A program made the position numbers and the translations under genes. Shown here piece by piece: positions 39,147 to 50,209 of a DNA stretch of 64,000 nucleotides. A model generated the notes under the pieces. The model was not told where the DNA came from. It saw only the letters and a program-made list of their open reading frames with translations, and did not search any database. Each line of letters opens with the position of its first letter. Within the stretch, counting starts at the first letter, position 1. Origin of the DNA: Fibrobacteria bacterium (GTDB lineage Bacteria > Fibrobacterota > Fibrobacteria > UBA11236); contig JAYTSD010000008.1 of assembly GCA_043745805.1 (NCBI GenBank), positions 64,001 to 128,000 on the forward strand, in the 5' to 3' direction.

Positions 39147-40361
39147 TTGATTAGCATGAAAAACCGCTGGTTCATTTACATTACATTTACATTAATACTA
39201 TTGACTAAAAGTATTTTTTCGGCTGAGCTACTTACTCCTTTAGATACTCTTGCGCAAGGCTATATCGTAGATGTGCATTGTCATACCGCTGGAATTGGAG
39301 CCGGTGGAAGCGGTTGTTTTATAGCTGCCGACATGCTTAAGAGTTATAAATTCAAAATTTATTTAAAAGCCTTTGAAGTAACTCAAGAAGATTTATTGCA
39401 ATATGGCGATGCTCTAATCTTAAAAAAATTATCCGCCAAACTAGCGCAGTCACACTATGTTAAAGCCGCAATAATTCTTGCCATAGATGGTGCGATGAAT
39501 GATCAAGGGGAATTAGATACTGCGCGAACACAAGTTTATATTCCCAATTCTTTCGTCGCAAAAGAGATAAAAAAGTATCCCAATTTACTTTTTGGGGCTA
39601 GCATTAATCCATTGAGAAAGAACGCATTGCAAGAATTAGATAAAGTGGCTCATGACAATGCAAAATTAATTAAATGGATTCCCTCTATTCAACATTTTGA
39701 TCCTTCGGATGAACGCTTTATTCCTTTTTATAAAAAAATGGTAAAGCTGGGCTTGCCCTTACTCACGCATACCGGCCATGAGTTTGCGTTCAATGCCGCG
39801 GATAATGCGCTTTGCGATCCCGAAAAATTACGTTTGCCACTTAGCCTAGGTGTTACCGTGATTGCTGCGCACGTCGCCACACCAGGAAAAAATGCAGGCG
39901 AATCAAATATGCTCAGGTTAATGAAACTTTTTTCGCAATACCCTAATTTGTATGCTGATATTTCCTCTTTAACACAAATCAATAAATTAAATTATTTGCA
40001 TAAAGCTTTATCCCATCCCGAAGCCAAAGGTCGCTTGCTTTATGGAACCGATATGCCTTTACTGGAAACCCCTTTGGTCTCTCCACTATTTTTTTCCTTT
40101 TCGCTTTCGCCTAAAAAAATCTTGAGTTTGGAAAATGTTAAAAATCCTTGGGACCGTGATGTAGAGCTGAAACAAGCTTTGGGAGTGTCGTCGGATATTT
40201 TTTTCCGTACGGCACAGGTTTTAAGAATTTATCCTGCCACGTCGCCAATTATTTTAAACCAAAAAGAAATTGCGCCTGCAACAAAACCTAAGAATAAGCC
40301 TTTAAAGCAATCTAAGCCCAGAACTCCAGCCCTCACAAAACCAAAACCCAATTCGAAATAA
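39147..40361 (+). CDS. Exported amidohydrolase_2 family metal-dependent hydrolase
   Basis: DVHCH, HTGHE, AAH, YADIS, YGTD; signal peptide; Pro/Lys-rich tail. Confidence 0.82.
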   Translation: MISMKNRWFIYITFTLILLTKSIFSAELLTPLDTLAQGYIVDVHCHTAGIGAGGSGCFIAADMLKSYKFKIYLKAFEVTQEDLLQYGDALILKKLSAKLAQSHYVKAAIILAIDGAMNDQGELDTARTQVYIPNSFVAKEIKKYPNLLFGASINPLRKNALQELDKVAHDNAKLIKWIPSIQHFDPSDERFIPFYKKMVKLGLPLLTHTGHEFAFNAADNALCDPEKLRLPLSLGVTVIAAHVATPGKNAGESNMLRLMKLFSQYPNLYADISSLTQINKLNYLHKALSHPEAKGRLLYGTDMPLLETPLVSPLFFSFSLSPKKILSLENVKNPWDRDVELKQALGVSSDIFFRTAQVLRIYPATSPIILNQKEIAPATKPKNKPLKQSKPRTPALTKPKPNSK

Positions 40362-40964
40362 TTATTCGGGTTGGAAATTTTTTTGGCTAGCGACAAAGGT
40401 GGAGTCAAAAGTTTTTTCTCTTTCGTATAATCCAATTAAATGTGTTTCTGCTAATACATGGCCTTTAAAAAAATGCTCCAACTCTTCGAAATTACTCCGC
40501 GGCTTAAGCTCGGTCGCCTGATCTAAAGCTAAGAGCCGAAAAATATAACGGTGAGTTCCCGTTACTGGACATGGACCTCCCCAAGCGGGCCAATCAAAAT
40601 CCGTTTGACCTTCAATAGCACCTTTTGGCAGGCCACTAGCAGGAATATAATGCGTATCGCGCAGAATACCCCATACCAACCAATGCACACGCTGATCGTC
40701 AGAGGTGGCATCTAAATCTTCCACGATGAGCGCCATGCTTTTAGTATGCGCTGGTATCGCTTTAATATGCAAAGGAGGATTTACATTTTCGCCATCACAG
40801 GTATAGCGTTCAGGAATAAATCCTTGATCACTAAAATCCAAACTATAAACTGCAAAGCTGTCTTGTTTTTCGAGAGTGTTTGGTGAAGAGTAAAAAGAAA
40901 AGCTCCAGCCCGTAACTTGTAAGAGACTGAGGGTCACCAAAATAGACTTTATAGGGTATCCCAT
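40362..40964 (-). CDS. YbhB/YbcL (PEBP, Raf kinase inhibitor-like) protein
   Basis: YTCDGENVNPPL, VEDLDA, HWLVW, GPCP..GTHRY.F. Confidence 0.9.
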   Translation of the reverse strand: MGYPIKSILVTLSLLQVTGWSFSFYSSPNTLEKQDSFAVYSLDFSDQGFIPERYTCDGENVNPPLHIKAIPAHTKSMALIVEDLDATSDDQRVHWLVWGILRDTHYIPASGLPKGAIEGQTDFDWPAWGGPCPVTGTHRYIFRLLALDQATELKPRSNFEELEHFFKGHVLAETHLIGLYEREKTFDSTFVASQKNFQPE

Positions 40965-41142
40965 ACCGCACCGCCATAATTTTGAATCGCTAATTAATTA
41001 TGCGCGCGCGGTTTAAAAAAATACAAGGGATAAAAATTGAAAGAATGGGAGTAAGGGTAACAAAATAGCAGGAAGCCCTCAAAACCCCTAATTTAAAGAT
41101 TTACAGGGCGGCTTAATAATTTTTTAAAATTTTACTTTAACT

Positions 41143-42624
41143 TTACCAAGTATACCGGATAGTATATATAATGGTTTTTTCTTGGTCTTTTTCCAATTTA
41201 ACCGGAATTTTTATCGTGGTTTGGTCCACTTTTTCCCAAGGACAATTGACTTTGCTGATTTCCCATTGCGAAGCGCGCCAAGGGTGTTCATATACCCAAA
41301 CTTCGGTCGCGGTACTTTTATGATTGCGTAATTTCACTTCATAAGTTTCTTCTACACTGTGGCCCGAAACTATAGTTTTAAAATCCTTTTGTACCCGTGA
41401 AGCAACCACATCAAAAGCATTGCCTAAATACAATTTCACTTCTTCACCTTTCGCAGTATGATCTAAATTATCTTCACCCACAAATTGCTCTTTACCATCG
41501 TTGTCTTTTTTATACACACGCACTTTTCCTTTAGGTAAAGGCAATCCCAATCCAGCCTTTTCTTCATTTTTAAAAATCACATAAACCCCTACCTTGGTAT
41601 TACTTTGCTGACCAAAGCTGCCTTGCGAACGATAGGAGTTATCATTCATCCAATAACGCCAACCGTCTTGCATGCCATCATAAATCAAAACTTTGCGAGC
41701 AGTCGCGTCATGAGCGGCAACCAATTCAATTTGTTTACTTTCATTATTGTTCACATCGGTGCGACGTTGTAAGGAATAGATTTTGTATTCGAATAAATCT
41801 TTTTGTTGAAATTGTGGTTCTTCTTTTCTTTCATAAGATGCTGCTTTAGCTAATCCCCTCGCCGAATATCCAACGGGCTCCTCCGGTATCACATTCACGT
41901 CACCCGCTACCAATTTCAATCCGGCATTTTTAAAAGTAGTCCCCGTATTATTTACCAAGGTTACCCAACCTTTGAGATCAATTTTATTATCCTCGGCATT
42001 CAACAATACCACATAATCACAATTCCAAGACATCGCATGCGCCAAGTAACTAATCTCTACTTCATGATTCACAGGATTACGATTATCCACTAACCATTCT
42101 AATTGAGGCTTTAAAATCAAGCCGTCGGGTAAACTAGGTAAAACCAGACGGCCAATAGGATTAATCTCTATTTTTCCATTGATTTCCGCCGTAATTCCCG
42201 CGCCATTGCCAATCGCAAGTAACTTTCCCGTTACTGTGTATTCTTTTTTCTTCTCTTCCTCTATCCGAATAAACTCAATATTTTTTCCCACAAATTTTTC
42301 CAAGAGTTTTTCATTACTTACCAAATCGTATTGATAATTTTGTTCGAGGATTTTTACGGCAGAGGCATCCGTGAGACTAGAAAAATGCAAGGATGTCCCA
42401 TCAATCGTTGCGGGGATTTCCGGCACGATAACTTTACTTAATCCTTTTTTAAGGGGTAAAGTGCGTAACTCTCGAATCAAGGCCAAGTCAGAATTATAAA
42501 TGGTTAAATCCACCGAATGCCTCTCACCGGCAATTTGGGTGGGATTCTCAGCAGCAAATACTGCCAGGGGAAACATTGGGGCCAAGGATAAGGCGACAAT
42601 GAGGGGTAACTTGTAAATCTGCAT
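41143..42624 (-). CDS. DUF4139 domain exported protein
   Basis: LTIYN.DLAL, EQNYQYDL, LILKPQL, NNTG..F.NA.LKLVAGDV, LPKGKVRVY, GNAFD. Confidence 0.85.
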   Translation of the reverse strand: MQIYKLPLIVALSLAPMFPLAVFAAENPTQIAGERHSVDLTIYNSDLALIRELRTLPLKKGLSKVIVPEIPATIDGTSLHFSSLTDASAVKILEQNYQYDLVSNEKLLEKFVGKNIEFIRIEEEKKKEYTVTGKLLAIGNGAGITAEINGKIEINPIGRLVLPSLPDGLILKPQLEWLVDNRNPVNHEVEISYLAHAMSWNCDYVVLLNAEDNKIDLKGWVTLVNNTGTTFKNAGLKLVAGDVNVIPEEPVGYSARGLAKAASYERKEEPQFQQKDLFEYKIYSLQRRTDVNNNESKQIELVAAHDATARKVLIYDGMQDGWRYWMNDNSYRSQGSFGQQSNTKVGVYVIFKNEEKAGLGLPLPKGKVRVYKKDNDGKEQFVGEDNLDHTAKGEEVKLYLGNAFDVVASRVQKDFKTIVSGHSVEETYEVKLRNHKSTATEVWVYEHPWRASQWEISKVNCPWEKVDQTTIKIPVKLEKDQEKTIIYTIRYTW

Positions 42625-43106
42625 AAACTATCCTATCGGAAAAACAACTGAACTCAACTGTGGTATTAAGGTAAAACATTCCTTAGCTTAAGAAAAGTGC
42701 AAGAGATACTTACTATAAGTGGTCATGCAAACACAATTATCAGCAAGTTTTTTCCTCAATTTACCCGACCTAGAAAACTGCACCGTCAAAATATGGAACG
42801 TTCTCTTTCAAAAAAAGCCGTGGAATTTGGAAGTTCAATTCGTAAAAAAGGGATAGGTTATAAAAAAAGTCATCTATTTTAAACTACGGAGTATTTAGAA
42901 AATCCTTCTGACTCACAGAAATCGGTGAGAAACCATGCTATTAGTGATCAAAATATTAATGGCGAGGGTATTGTTCATACGACTATCATATCGAATGGTA
43001 ATCGAGAAAATACTAAGCAACTCAATTTATTAGATCGCAAATTTGAAAGTGAAATTTCAGAGTTTAAAGATCGGGAAACTGTAGAAGTAACTAATAATGA
43101 ACAGGG

Positions 43107-44102
43107 TTAAGGGATAGGCGATAGCCCCTCCAATACCCTTTCCAACCGATAAAAATCATCCTCCACCCAATGCATTGAATTGATTTTTAAAAACAAAAGT
43201 TGCGCCTCGGAATTTAAATTCGAGGCTTTAACAATATCCTTCCATAAAACACCATCCTCCCCTACCCTAGTCTGACTAACAAAAGCAGCGTGTAAGGTTT
43301 TTAATAAATGCCCGCAATAAGAATTCATATCCGCTAAAATATATTCCCAGCGTTCACAAAAATCATCTGATGCATTAATAAGTGCTTTTAATTCTGGATG
43401 TTCTTTGATGCTGTCCAACCAATGATAAAAACCAATTTGTTGCCTTGCTCTTTGGGGATTGGAATAAAATTCATACGCATGAATTAAATCATGAATAATA
43501 AAACTGATCGCATCGCGTTCATGATGTAACTGAGTGAGAGCCTGGGTGTTTTTGAAAAAACTAAGGCAACGCCCCCCTTGTTTTTGCAATTCAAAAACTT
43601 CTGAAACGGTGGGAATATAAAAGAAAAGTTTTAGCGGATATTTTTGTTTCAACCATTCTAGCAAGGCCTTTCGTGCCGAATCAGGAACGCCGCGAAAACG
43701 ATGATTATGCAAAAAATCCAGAAGACTAAGCTTATTATCAATATTTTTTTTAAAAGCTGAAATCGGTAGAGCAAGCTTTTGTAATAATGCAATAAAATCG
43801 CTAAAGGAAAAATGATCCGAAAGGTTTTTGGGAATTAGCTGTTCATTTGTGAGAGGCGGTTGTTTTTGAAAAGCATCCACACGCCGACATACCAATAATG
43901 CAAGTAACCCATAACTCAAAAATTCGGCATCATTTATTTTACCTAAATTCTTTTTGGCTTCAAGCGCTTTAAACAAAACTTCCAACTTCGTTGCGAAAGG
44001 TAAAAGTTTTTCGGGAGAAATCAATAATTTACGGTAACGCCCACTGCGCGAAGGCTTTTTTGTTTCGATGTCATTATCGAGAATAGAAATTTTATTGATC
44101 AT
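43107..44102 (-). CDS. Hypothetical protein with HDLIH motif
   Basis: 331 aa ORF; RDAISFIIHDLIHA, Q.GF and ADMN segments look like conserved motifs. Confidence 0.65.
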   Translation of the reverse strand: MINKISILDNDIETKKPSRSGRYRKLLISPEKLLPFATKLEVLFKALEAKKNLGKINDAEFLSYGLLALLVCRRVDAFQKQPPLTNEQLIPKNLSDHFSFSDFIALLQKLALPISAFKKNIDNKLSLLDFLHNHRFRGVPDSARKALLEWLKQKYPLKLFFYIPTVSEVFELQKQGGRCLSFFKNTQALTQLHHERDAISFIIHDLIHAYEFYSNPQRARQQIGFYHWLDSIKEHPELKALINASDDFCERWEYILADMNSYCGHLLKTLHAAFVSQTRVGEDGVLWKDIVKASNLNSEAQLLFLKINSMHWVEDDFYRLERVLEGLSPIP

Positions 44103-44241
44103 AAAAATGACTGTCGGTTATTGATTCGATCTTGCATCAACAAGACCATAATCATTGTATAAAAATGTTCTGATTTCTTTAAGGGGGAACAATGGGATTT
44201 GGAAGGTGAGGCAATAAGAAAAAGCTATTACATAAATTTAC

Positions 44242-44706
44242 TTAGCGGCTGTAACGGCCTAAATAGCGACCCAAATTGGGATTTACTGGCCGAGGAGGAT
44301 TTTTCGTTCTTTCTTTTTCTGCTCTTTCTTCTTGGAGCCACATTTTAATAACTTCCCCTAATGCTGCATAGCGATTTTCAGGAGCCACTACCATGGTTTT
44401 TGAATTGGTAATTTCTTTTTGAATACGAACTTTTAAAGCATCACGCGTATCTTCTAAAAACTGACGCGCAGGAGGATATTGCAATGAAATAGTATGCTGC
44501 ATGCAAATAGCCAAGGTTTTCACTTGTTCACTACTATCGCGATAAAGCTCCAACCCGATTTTATAATTCGCTTCATAGGTTTGCACATCGGCGAGTATTT
44601 CAGCTGCTTCCAGAATGTCATGCAGCTCGTAAGGTTTTTGTTTGAGCCGCGCAACCAGCTCTTCTAATTCATGTTTAACGGAAGCATCCATAAATGAATT
44701 ATACAA
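44242..44706 (-). CDS. Hypothetical protein
   Basis: 154 aa helical ORF in a same-strand run. Confidence 0.55.
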   Translation of the reverse strand: MYNSFMDASVKHELEELVARLKQKPYELHDILEAAEILADVQTYEANYKIGLELYRDSSEQVKTLAICMQHTISLQYPPARQFLEDTRDALKVRIQKEITNSKTMVVAPENRYAALGEVIKMWLQEERAEKERTKNPPRPVNPNLGRYLGRYSR

Positions 44707-44755
44707 CCCCCAAAAGGCATTTGCTCGAAATTTATTCGGGCCTGTAAGGCAAAAC

Positions 44756-45277
44756 TTAACCCCAGGTAACTAAGCTTGGATCCGCCTTAAATCCACAGGA
44801 TTCGCATTCCGGATGCGAATAAGACACGGTTCCACGCGCACAATGCGGACAAGCCCCACTATCGAGCAATAAGCGTACTTGCTGTCCCAGTTGATAACCA
44901 CATTGACGACATTCGCGTGCAATGGATTTAAACCCCCAATATCCCCAGCAATTGGGGCAACGATCATGAGGAACTTTTTTCATACTTCCATCGACAATGT
45001 ATTTAGCCGGTGCCGCATCCGAAGAAGAAAATTGTAGTTCTTCCCCTTCGCAACAATGAATTCCAGTATTCAAAGTTCTTAAAGATTTTTCTTTTTGTTC
45101 GTCGATAATTTCCACAGAAAAATTTAAAGCAACAGAATAACCTTTGGGTAAATGAGTAGCTATTTCTTTAATGCGCTCTTCTAATCGCTGTAGTTTTTTT
45201 TCTTGAAACAAAGATTGGATTTCAGTGTAGACAAAGTCGGCGAACTCTATACTTTGATCGTAAGTTTTGACATCCAT
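44756..45277 (-). CDS. Zinc-ribbon protein with four CxxC motifs
   Basis: CPNC, CRQC, CPHC, CESC; GGAG RBS. Confidence 0.7.
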   Translation of the reverse strand: MDVKTYDQSIEFADFVYTEIQSLFQEKKLQRLEERIKEIATHLPKGYSVALNFSVEIIDEQKEKSLRTLNTGIHCCEGEELQFSSSDAAPAKYIVDGSMKKVPHDRCPNCWGYWGFKSIARECRQCGYQLGQQVRLLLDSGACPHCARGTVSYSHPECESCGFKADPSLVTWG

Positions 45278-45604
45278 GTTGTCTCCGCTAAATTAAATGC
45301 ACTTATTTTTAGCTTCAGTTTGAGTTAGTCCAATGACTCATATTTAAGCTTTAAGAGTAAAGTAATAAAGAATAGCGGCCACTAAAATATATGTGAAAAG
45401 AAATCGTCCCAGAGTTTAGGTATTTTATTTTTTGAATTTTATTTTGCGAATTGTTTTTAGAGGAATTTGATTGCTATTTCAATCGGTTATCCAAATTACG
45501 AAAAATGCTCAAAATTTACCTTAACGCTTTATCGCCTCCACCTGAAAACTAAAATCGAGGTTGTTTTTTAACGTAACACTTGGGTTACCATAAAAAACGG
45601 CGAG

Positions 45605-46771
45605 CTATTTTTTAAGCGGACTTTGATTGGACCAAACTAAATTTTTACGAGCGATTTCCGCTTGCGCTAGTGCGTCCTCTAATGTTTCACCTAAAGCCGT
45701 AAAATGTCCCATTTTCCTTGCAGCTTTAGCTTCGGATTTTCCATAAAGATGCAGGCTTAAATCGCTTTGCGCTAATAGAGAGTCAATACCCTGTAAATAA
45801 TTGCCTTGGCCATTCCCTAATATATTCATCATAGCTGCAGGACGAAACAAAGAAGTATTCCCTAAAGGCAATCCGCAAATAGCTCTTACTTGTTGTTCAA
45901 ACTGCGAACATTGGCAAGCGTCCAAAGTATAATGTCCAGAATTATGTGGGCGTGGAGCGATTTCATTTACCAATAAAGACCCATCTGCCAAACAAAACAA
46001 TTCCACACAAAACAAACCTATAATATCTAAGCTTTGTGCAATTTTCAATGCGATATCACGCGCATTATTTTCCGTAACATTAGTGATACGAGCAGGAACT
46101 AAAGTGACATCCAAAATATTTTTTACATGGCGATTTTCGCCTGTTGGGTAACACACAGATTTTCCATCCCTGCCCCGTGCACAAAGCACACTTAATTCTT
46201 TTACAAAGGGGATTTTCTTTTCCCAAATCAAATCGCAGCCTTGCAAGGCTAAAAATGCAGCAAGCGCTTCTTCCGCATTATCCATAACTCGCTGGCCCTT
46301 GCCATCATAGCCACCATCCGCTGTTTTTAATATGGCCGGACAACCTATTTCGGCTAGCGCCTTTGCAAAATCTGCTTGCGTTCTCACTAGCTGAAAATCC
46401 GCAACCGGAATGCCAGCCTCTCGTAAAAATGCTTTTTCGCGTATACGGTTTTGCGTTGTTTTCAAAACCTTACTACTGGGATAAACAGGCTTATGTAAAC
46501 TCTCTAAATATTCCACCGCTTCCGCATCAATATTTTCAAATTCATAGGTAATCACATCGCATTGCTCGGCAAGTTCCTGCAATGCCTTTTTATCATTGTA
46601 GGCTGCCTCTATTTGTGCATCGGCTACTTGTCCGCAAGGCGAATCACTGCTCGGTTCAAGCGTGATCACACGGTAACCTAAACGTTTCGCTTCTAAGGTA
46701 AACATTCGGCCTAATTGGCCGCCCCCTAAAATGCCGAGAGTAGCGGCAGGAAAAATACTTTTCATGATCAA
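45605..46771 (-). CDS. purK: N5-carboxyaminoimidazole ribonucleotide synthase
   Basis: [37 protein letters not shown]. Confidence 0.96.
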   Translation of the reverse strand: MIMKSIFPAATLGILGGGQLGRMFTLEAKRLGYRVITLEPSSDSPCGQVADAQIEAAYNDKKALQELAEQCDVITYEFENIDAEAVEYLESLHKPVYPSSKVLKTTQNRIREKAFLREAGIPVADFQLVRTQADFAKALAEIGCPAILKTADGGYDGKGQRVMDNAEEALAAFLALQGCDLIWEKKIPFVKELSVLCARGRDGKSVCYPTGENRHVKNILDVTLVPARITNVTENNARDIALKIAQSLDIIGLFCVELFCLADGSLLVNEIAPRPHNSGHYTLDACQCSQFEQQVRAICGLPLGNTSLFRPAAMMNILGNGQGNYLQGIDSLLAQSDLSLHLYGKSEAKAARKMGHFTALGETLEDALAQAEIARKNLVWSNQSPLKK

Positions 46772-47304
46772 ATTTTAATTTTCATGTTACGTACTTCAAG
46801 TTCCATTTCCATACGATAATTCGCCAAAGCTTTTGCATAGAGCGGGTATTTAATGGCTAATATTCGCGCAACCATTAGTCCGGCATTCTTTGCGCCCCCA
46901 ATTGCCATCGTCGCTACAGGAATACCGCCCGGCATTTGTACGATGGAAAGCAATGAATCCATGCCTTGCATACTTTTACTAAGCACAGGTACGCCAATCA
47001 CAGGCAAGTCGGTTAATGAGGCCGTCATACCCGGTAAATGGGCTGCGCCACCTGCGCCAGCAATAATTACCTCAAGACCTCTGGCCTGAGCTGATTCCGC
47101 ATATTCCACCATCCGTTTGGGAGTTCTGTGAGCGGAAACCACCTCCGCTTCAAAAGGAATATTAAATTGCGCCAAAATTTCAGTGGCGGCCTGCATAGTA
47201 TCCCAATCCGAAATACTTCCCATGATAACTCCAACTTTTGGTTTGGGAGAGTTGGACCACTTTGAAAGCTTTACGGTTTTAGCAGAAATTTTTTGTTTAA
47301 CCAT
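46768..47304 (-). CDS. purE: N5-CAIR mutase
   Basis: [37 protein letters not shown]. Confidence 0.97.
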   Translation of the reverse strand: MVKQKISAKTVKLSKWSNSPKPKVGVIMGSISDWDTMQAATEILAQFNIPFEAEVVSAHRTPKRMVEYAESAQARGLEVIIAGAGGAAHLPGMTASLTDLPVIGVPVLSKSMQGMDSLLSIVQMPGGIPVATMAIGGAKNAGLMVARILAIKYPLYAKALANYRMEMELEVRNMKIKI

Positions 47305-47314
47305 AATATGTCCT

Positions 47315-47956
47315 TTAAAAAAGGGAATGGGCCGAAGAGTCTATATTGGCAGAGCTATCTTCTTGAGGTGTTGTGGGACTTGCAAGTATAGGGTAAGTTT
47401 GGTTACCCAATGCATTCCATTCTTTCACATGGCCAGGAATTTCAATCCCATTTTGATAGCCGCGTTCTTGTCTTTTTTTTCCATTTTCATACCACCATGT
47501 TGCAACGCCTTCTAATCGGCCTGCCCCATAATTAGCTTCGAATTTTTTTTTGCCCGTATTAAACCATTCTCGCCAAAGCCCATGAGTTTTGCCATTTTGA
47601 AAAGTAGTTTGCCATTGCTTTTGACCATTTTCATACCAAACGGTGGCATAACCCGATTTTTTTCCGTCGAGATAATAAGCTTCGTATGATTTACGACCAT
47701 TGGTATAGAAATACGTAACAGCACCCTCTTCTTTACCATTTTTCCAATGAATTTCACCTTTTTTTTCACCAGTGACATGCCATTCTTCGGCCAAGCCCTC
47801 TTTTATTTCCCGATTATGGTCATCAACAAAGCAGGTATAATGCTCCTTGATTTTACCGTTAGGGTATAAAGTTTGTCTTTGTACAAGCTTTCCCGTGGCA
47901 GAGAAAGTGAGTGAAGTAAAAACTAAAATAGCGACCAAAAAAAACTTTAACTGCAT
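47315..47956 (-). CDS. Exported MORN-variant repeat (YwqK-like) protein (start moved to ATG 47956)
   Basis: Signal peptide MQLKFFLV; repeated G....WY.NG.K units. Confidence 0.8.
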   Translation of the reverse strand: MQLKFFLVAILVFTSLTFSATGKLVQRQTLYPNGKIKEHYTCFVDDHNREIKEGLAEEWHVTGEKKGEIHWKNGKEEGAVTYFYTNGRKSYEAYYLDGKKSGYATVWYENGQKQWQTTFQNGKTHGLWREWFNTGKKKFEANYGAGRLEGVATWWYENGKKRQERGYQNGIEIPGHVKEWNALGNQTYPILASPTTPQEDSSANIDSSAHSLF

Positions 47957-48048
47957 AACCCTTTGAGTATAAGAATGGTAAGGAATATAGTAAACTCTGG
48001 GCTGCACTATTCTGCAAAAAATTAATCTCCCGCAGATATGCTCATCCC

Positions 48049-48090
48049 AAAACAAAAAACGGTTAGCACTATGTATTCATGCTAACCGTT
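48049..48090 (-). terminator. Rho-independent terminator of 48165..49475
   Basis: Perfect 11-bp stem AACGGTTAGCA/TGCTAACCGTT followed by TTTTGTTTT on the minus strand. Confidence 0.8.
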
Positions 48091-48164
48091 CAAGTTAATC
48101 TCCCCACTTTTGAAGAAAAGTAAGGACTGTTTTAGGCTTTTACAAGCTTAATCCGTAAATGACT

Positions 48165-49475
48165 TTAGCGCACTAATCGACCATGTGCAGAGAAAAACAA
48201 TACTTTGCCATCCCGATTCCATTGCGCATTCCAAATTTTTGCTTGACGATTTTCTTTGTTCAAATTCTGTTTTATGGATTGCGCATGAATGCTGGTAGGA
48301 GTAGGAATCAACGTAATATTTAAATTAGTAATTGTCTGTCCTAAAGTAACTTGCACCGTATCCGACGCATAACCGTCTTTGCTAACAATAATAGTTGCCG
48401 ATTGCGCTAGCTGCGGAATGCCGCTGAAAGCATAATCACCGGTAACACTGGAAAGGGTTGTAAGAGTTGCTCCACCTTGACCATTAATTTGCAACTTAAA
48501 TGCCGCACCGGCTATTGCTTGACCCCCTGTGGTACGCACAATGCCCGAAAGGGATTTAGAATTAATTTCGGTGGCTCGGGCTAATAATATTTTAACCGTA
48601 TCTTCCCCATTAGTGGTCACTTGCACTTGTCCCGTTTTAATAACAAAGCCAGCTAAGGTAGCAGTAACGCGATAGTTACCTGTGGTGATGCCGGTAAAAG
48701 TTGCCCAACCTTGCGCATCGGTCGCTCCGGGCAATACAGCGCCCATTCCATTTTGCAAAGTAGTAGCCAATGCCACATTGAATAATGGAGCATTACCCAA
48801 GGAATCTTTGCCTACAAATACATGTAAATTTCCGGCGCCAAGTTTTACTAAAACAATGTTTACGGTATTCGTTTGATTCGCAGCAACTACAATATTAGCA
48901 GCAGTTTTTGAAGTATAACCTGCTTTAGAAGTCACTAAAGAATAAGCCGTTCCAGCGGTCGAAGCCGGTATAGAATCGAATGAAAAAGATCCATCTACTG
49001 CGGTAAATGCGGAATCGCGAATAACCGATCCACCCCCAAATTGTCCACCGGTTGCTTGACGCAAAACTACCCGTGAACCTGCAATAGCCACATTAGTAGT
49101 GGAATCCGTAACTTTACCGTTTATACCTGAAGTCGAGGGAGCCATGGCGACTAAAGCAATATCATGCACAATATTTGCTGCTTGAATATTTGCTGTGCCC
49201 GTATTACCAATAAATCCAGTTTTACTCACAACTACGGAATATGTACCCGCTGCTAAAGAGTCGAAAGTATAACTTCCAGTAGCATCAGTGAAAGCCGTAT
49301 CGGTTACTCTATTTCCACCGCCGCCACCGCCATTAAAACCTCGTATTACAATTTGCGCATTAGCAATTGCAGCGCCCCCAGTTACGGCAGTTACTTTTCC
49401 TGAAATTGAAAACGCAGAAACCGATTGAACTATGGCTAAAATTCCCACGAAGATACTTAAGAGTCCTCTACGCAT
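48165..49475 (-). CDS. Secreted protein with four carboxypeptidase-regulatory-like (Cna-B/prealbumin-fold) repeats and a short C-terminal sorting-like tail
   Basis: Signal peptide; repeated G.V.......IA.A....TD..G.Y.F..L..G.Y....K.G(F/Y); tail PTSI...FFSAHGRLVR. Confidence 0.78.
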   Translation of the reverse strand: MRRGLLSIFVGILAIVQSVSAFSISGKVTAVTGGAAIANAQIVIRGFNGGGGGGNRVTDTAFTDATGSYTFDSLAAGTYSVVVSKTGFIGNTGTANIQAANIVHDIALVAMAPSTSGINGKVTDSTTNVAIAGSRVVLRQATGGQFGGGSVIRDSAFTAVDGSFSFDSIPASTAGTAYSLVTSKAGYTSKTAANIVVAANQTNTVNIVLVKLGAGNLHVFVGKDSLGNAPLFNVALATTLQNGMGAVLPGATDAQGWATFTGITTGNYRVTATLAGFVIKTGQVQVTTNGEDTVKILLARATEINSKSLSGIVRTTGGQAIAGAAFKLQINGQGGATLTTLSSVTGDYAFSGIPQLAQSATIIVSKDGYASDTVQVTLGQTITNLNITLIPTPTSIHAQSIKQNLNKENRQAKIWNAQWNRDGKVLFFSAHGRLVR

Positions 49476-49633
49476 ATCCCATCCCTTTTTAATTTTATTA
49501 AAGATTTTATGAATGTGTTACGCACCTAAACCGTAAACACAATGAAATAATAGATTCGCGGATTTTATACCGTCCCTACATTCACAATCTTTAGCGTTAA
49601 GTTTCGAGACGCTACCTCCCAAAGCCTGTCCAA

Positions 49634-49653
49634 TTCGTACCTGCAGGTACGAA
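49634..49653. promoter_or_regulatory. Perfect 20-bp palindrome, candidate operator
   Basis: TTCGTACCTGCAGGTACGAA in the divergent intergenic region between 49475 and mgsA. Confidence 0.5.
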
Positions 49654-49780
49654 ACCACCATTTTTTCCAAATTAAATTTTAATTGTCACACAACTCTCAA
49701 ATCCAAGAAATAAATCATTTTTTGTAAATTGCTATCTTTTTATCGCATAATTATTATTCCTTTTTGTCGAAAGAAAATTT

Positions 49781-50209
49781 ATGTCAAAAACCTTTGCGCT
49801 AATTGCGCATGATCATAAAAAACCAGCTCTTTTAGAATGGGCCAAACGGCATAGAGAAAAATTGTTACCCCATACACTTTATGCCACCGGTACCACCGGA
49901 TCGCTTTTAGAAAAAGAATTAGGTTTAACCATTCGCAAAGTACAAAGCGGTCCCTTAGGAGGGGATTTAGAGATCGGCGCTAAAATAGCTTCGGGAGAGG
50001 TAGATTTTCTGATTTTTTTCTGGGATCCCCTTTCCCCGCAACCGCATGACCCTGATGTCAAAGCTTTATTGCGCATCGCCGTTTTGTGGAATATTCCAAC
50101 GGTTAGTAATGTGGCTACGGCTGATTTTATTATGTCTTCGTCTCATTTAACCGACGGATATGAACCCGAACGACCGGTATTTCCTAATCGCGAATTAGGT
50201 GCATTCTGA
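49781..50209 (+). CDS. mgsA: Methylglyoxal synthase
   Basis: ALIAHD.KK, ATGTTG, SGPLGGD, FFWDPL..QPHDPDVKALLR. Confidence 0.96.
   Translation: MSKTFALIAHDHKKPALLEWAKRHREKLLPHTLYATGTTGSLLEKELGLTIRKVQSGPLGGDLEIGAKIASGEVDFLIFFWDPLSPQPHDPDVKALLRIAVLWNIPTVSNVATADFIMSSSHLTDGYEPERPVFPNRELGAF

Noticed and set aside
47315-47956. YwqK-like antitoxin of a toxin-antitoxin pair
   Set aside because: Has a signal peptide and no adjacent toxin gene; generic MORN-variant repeats
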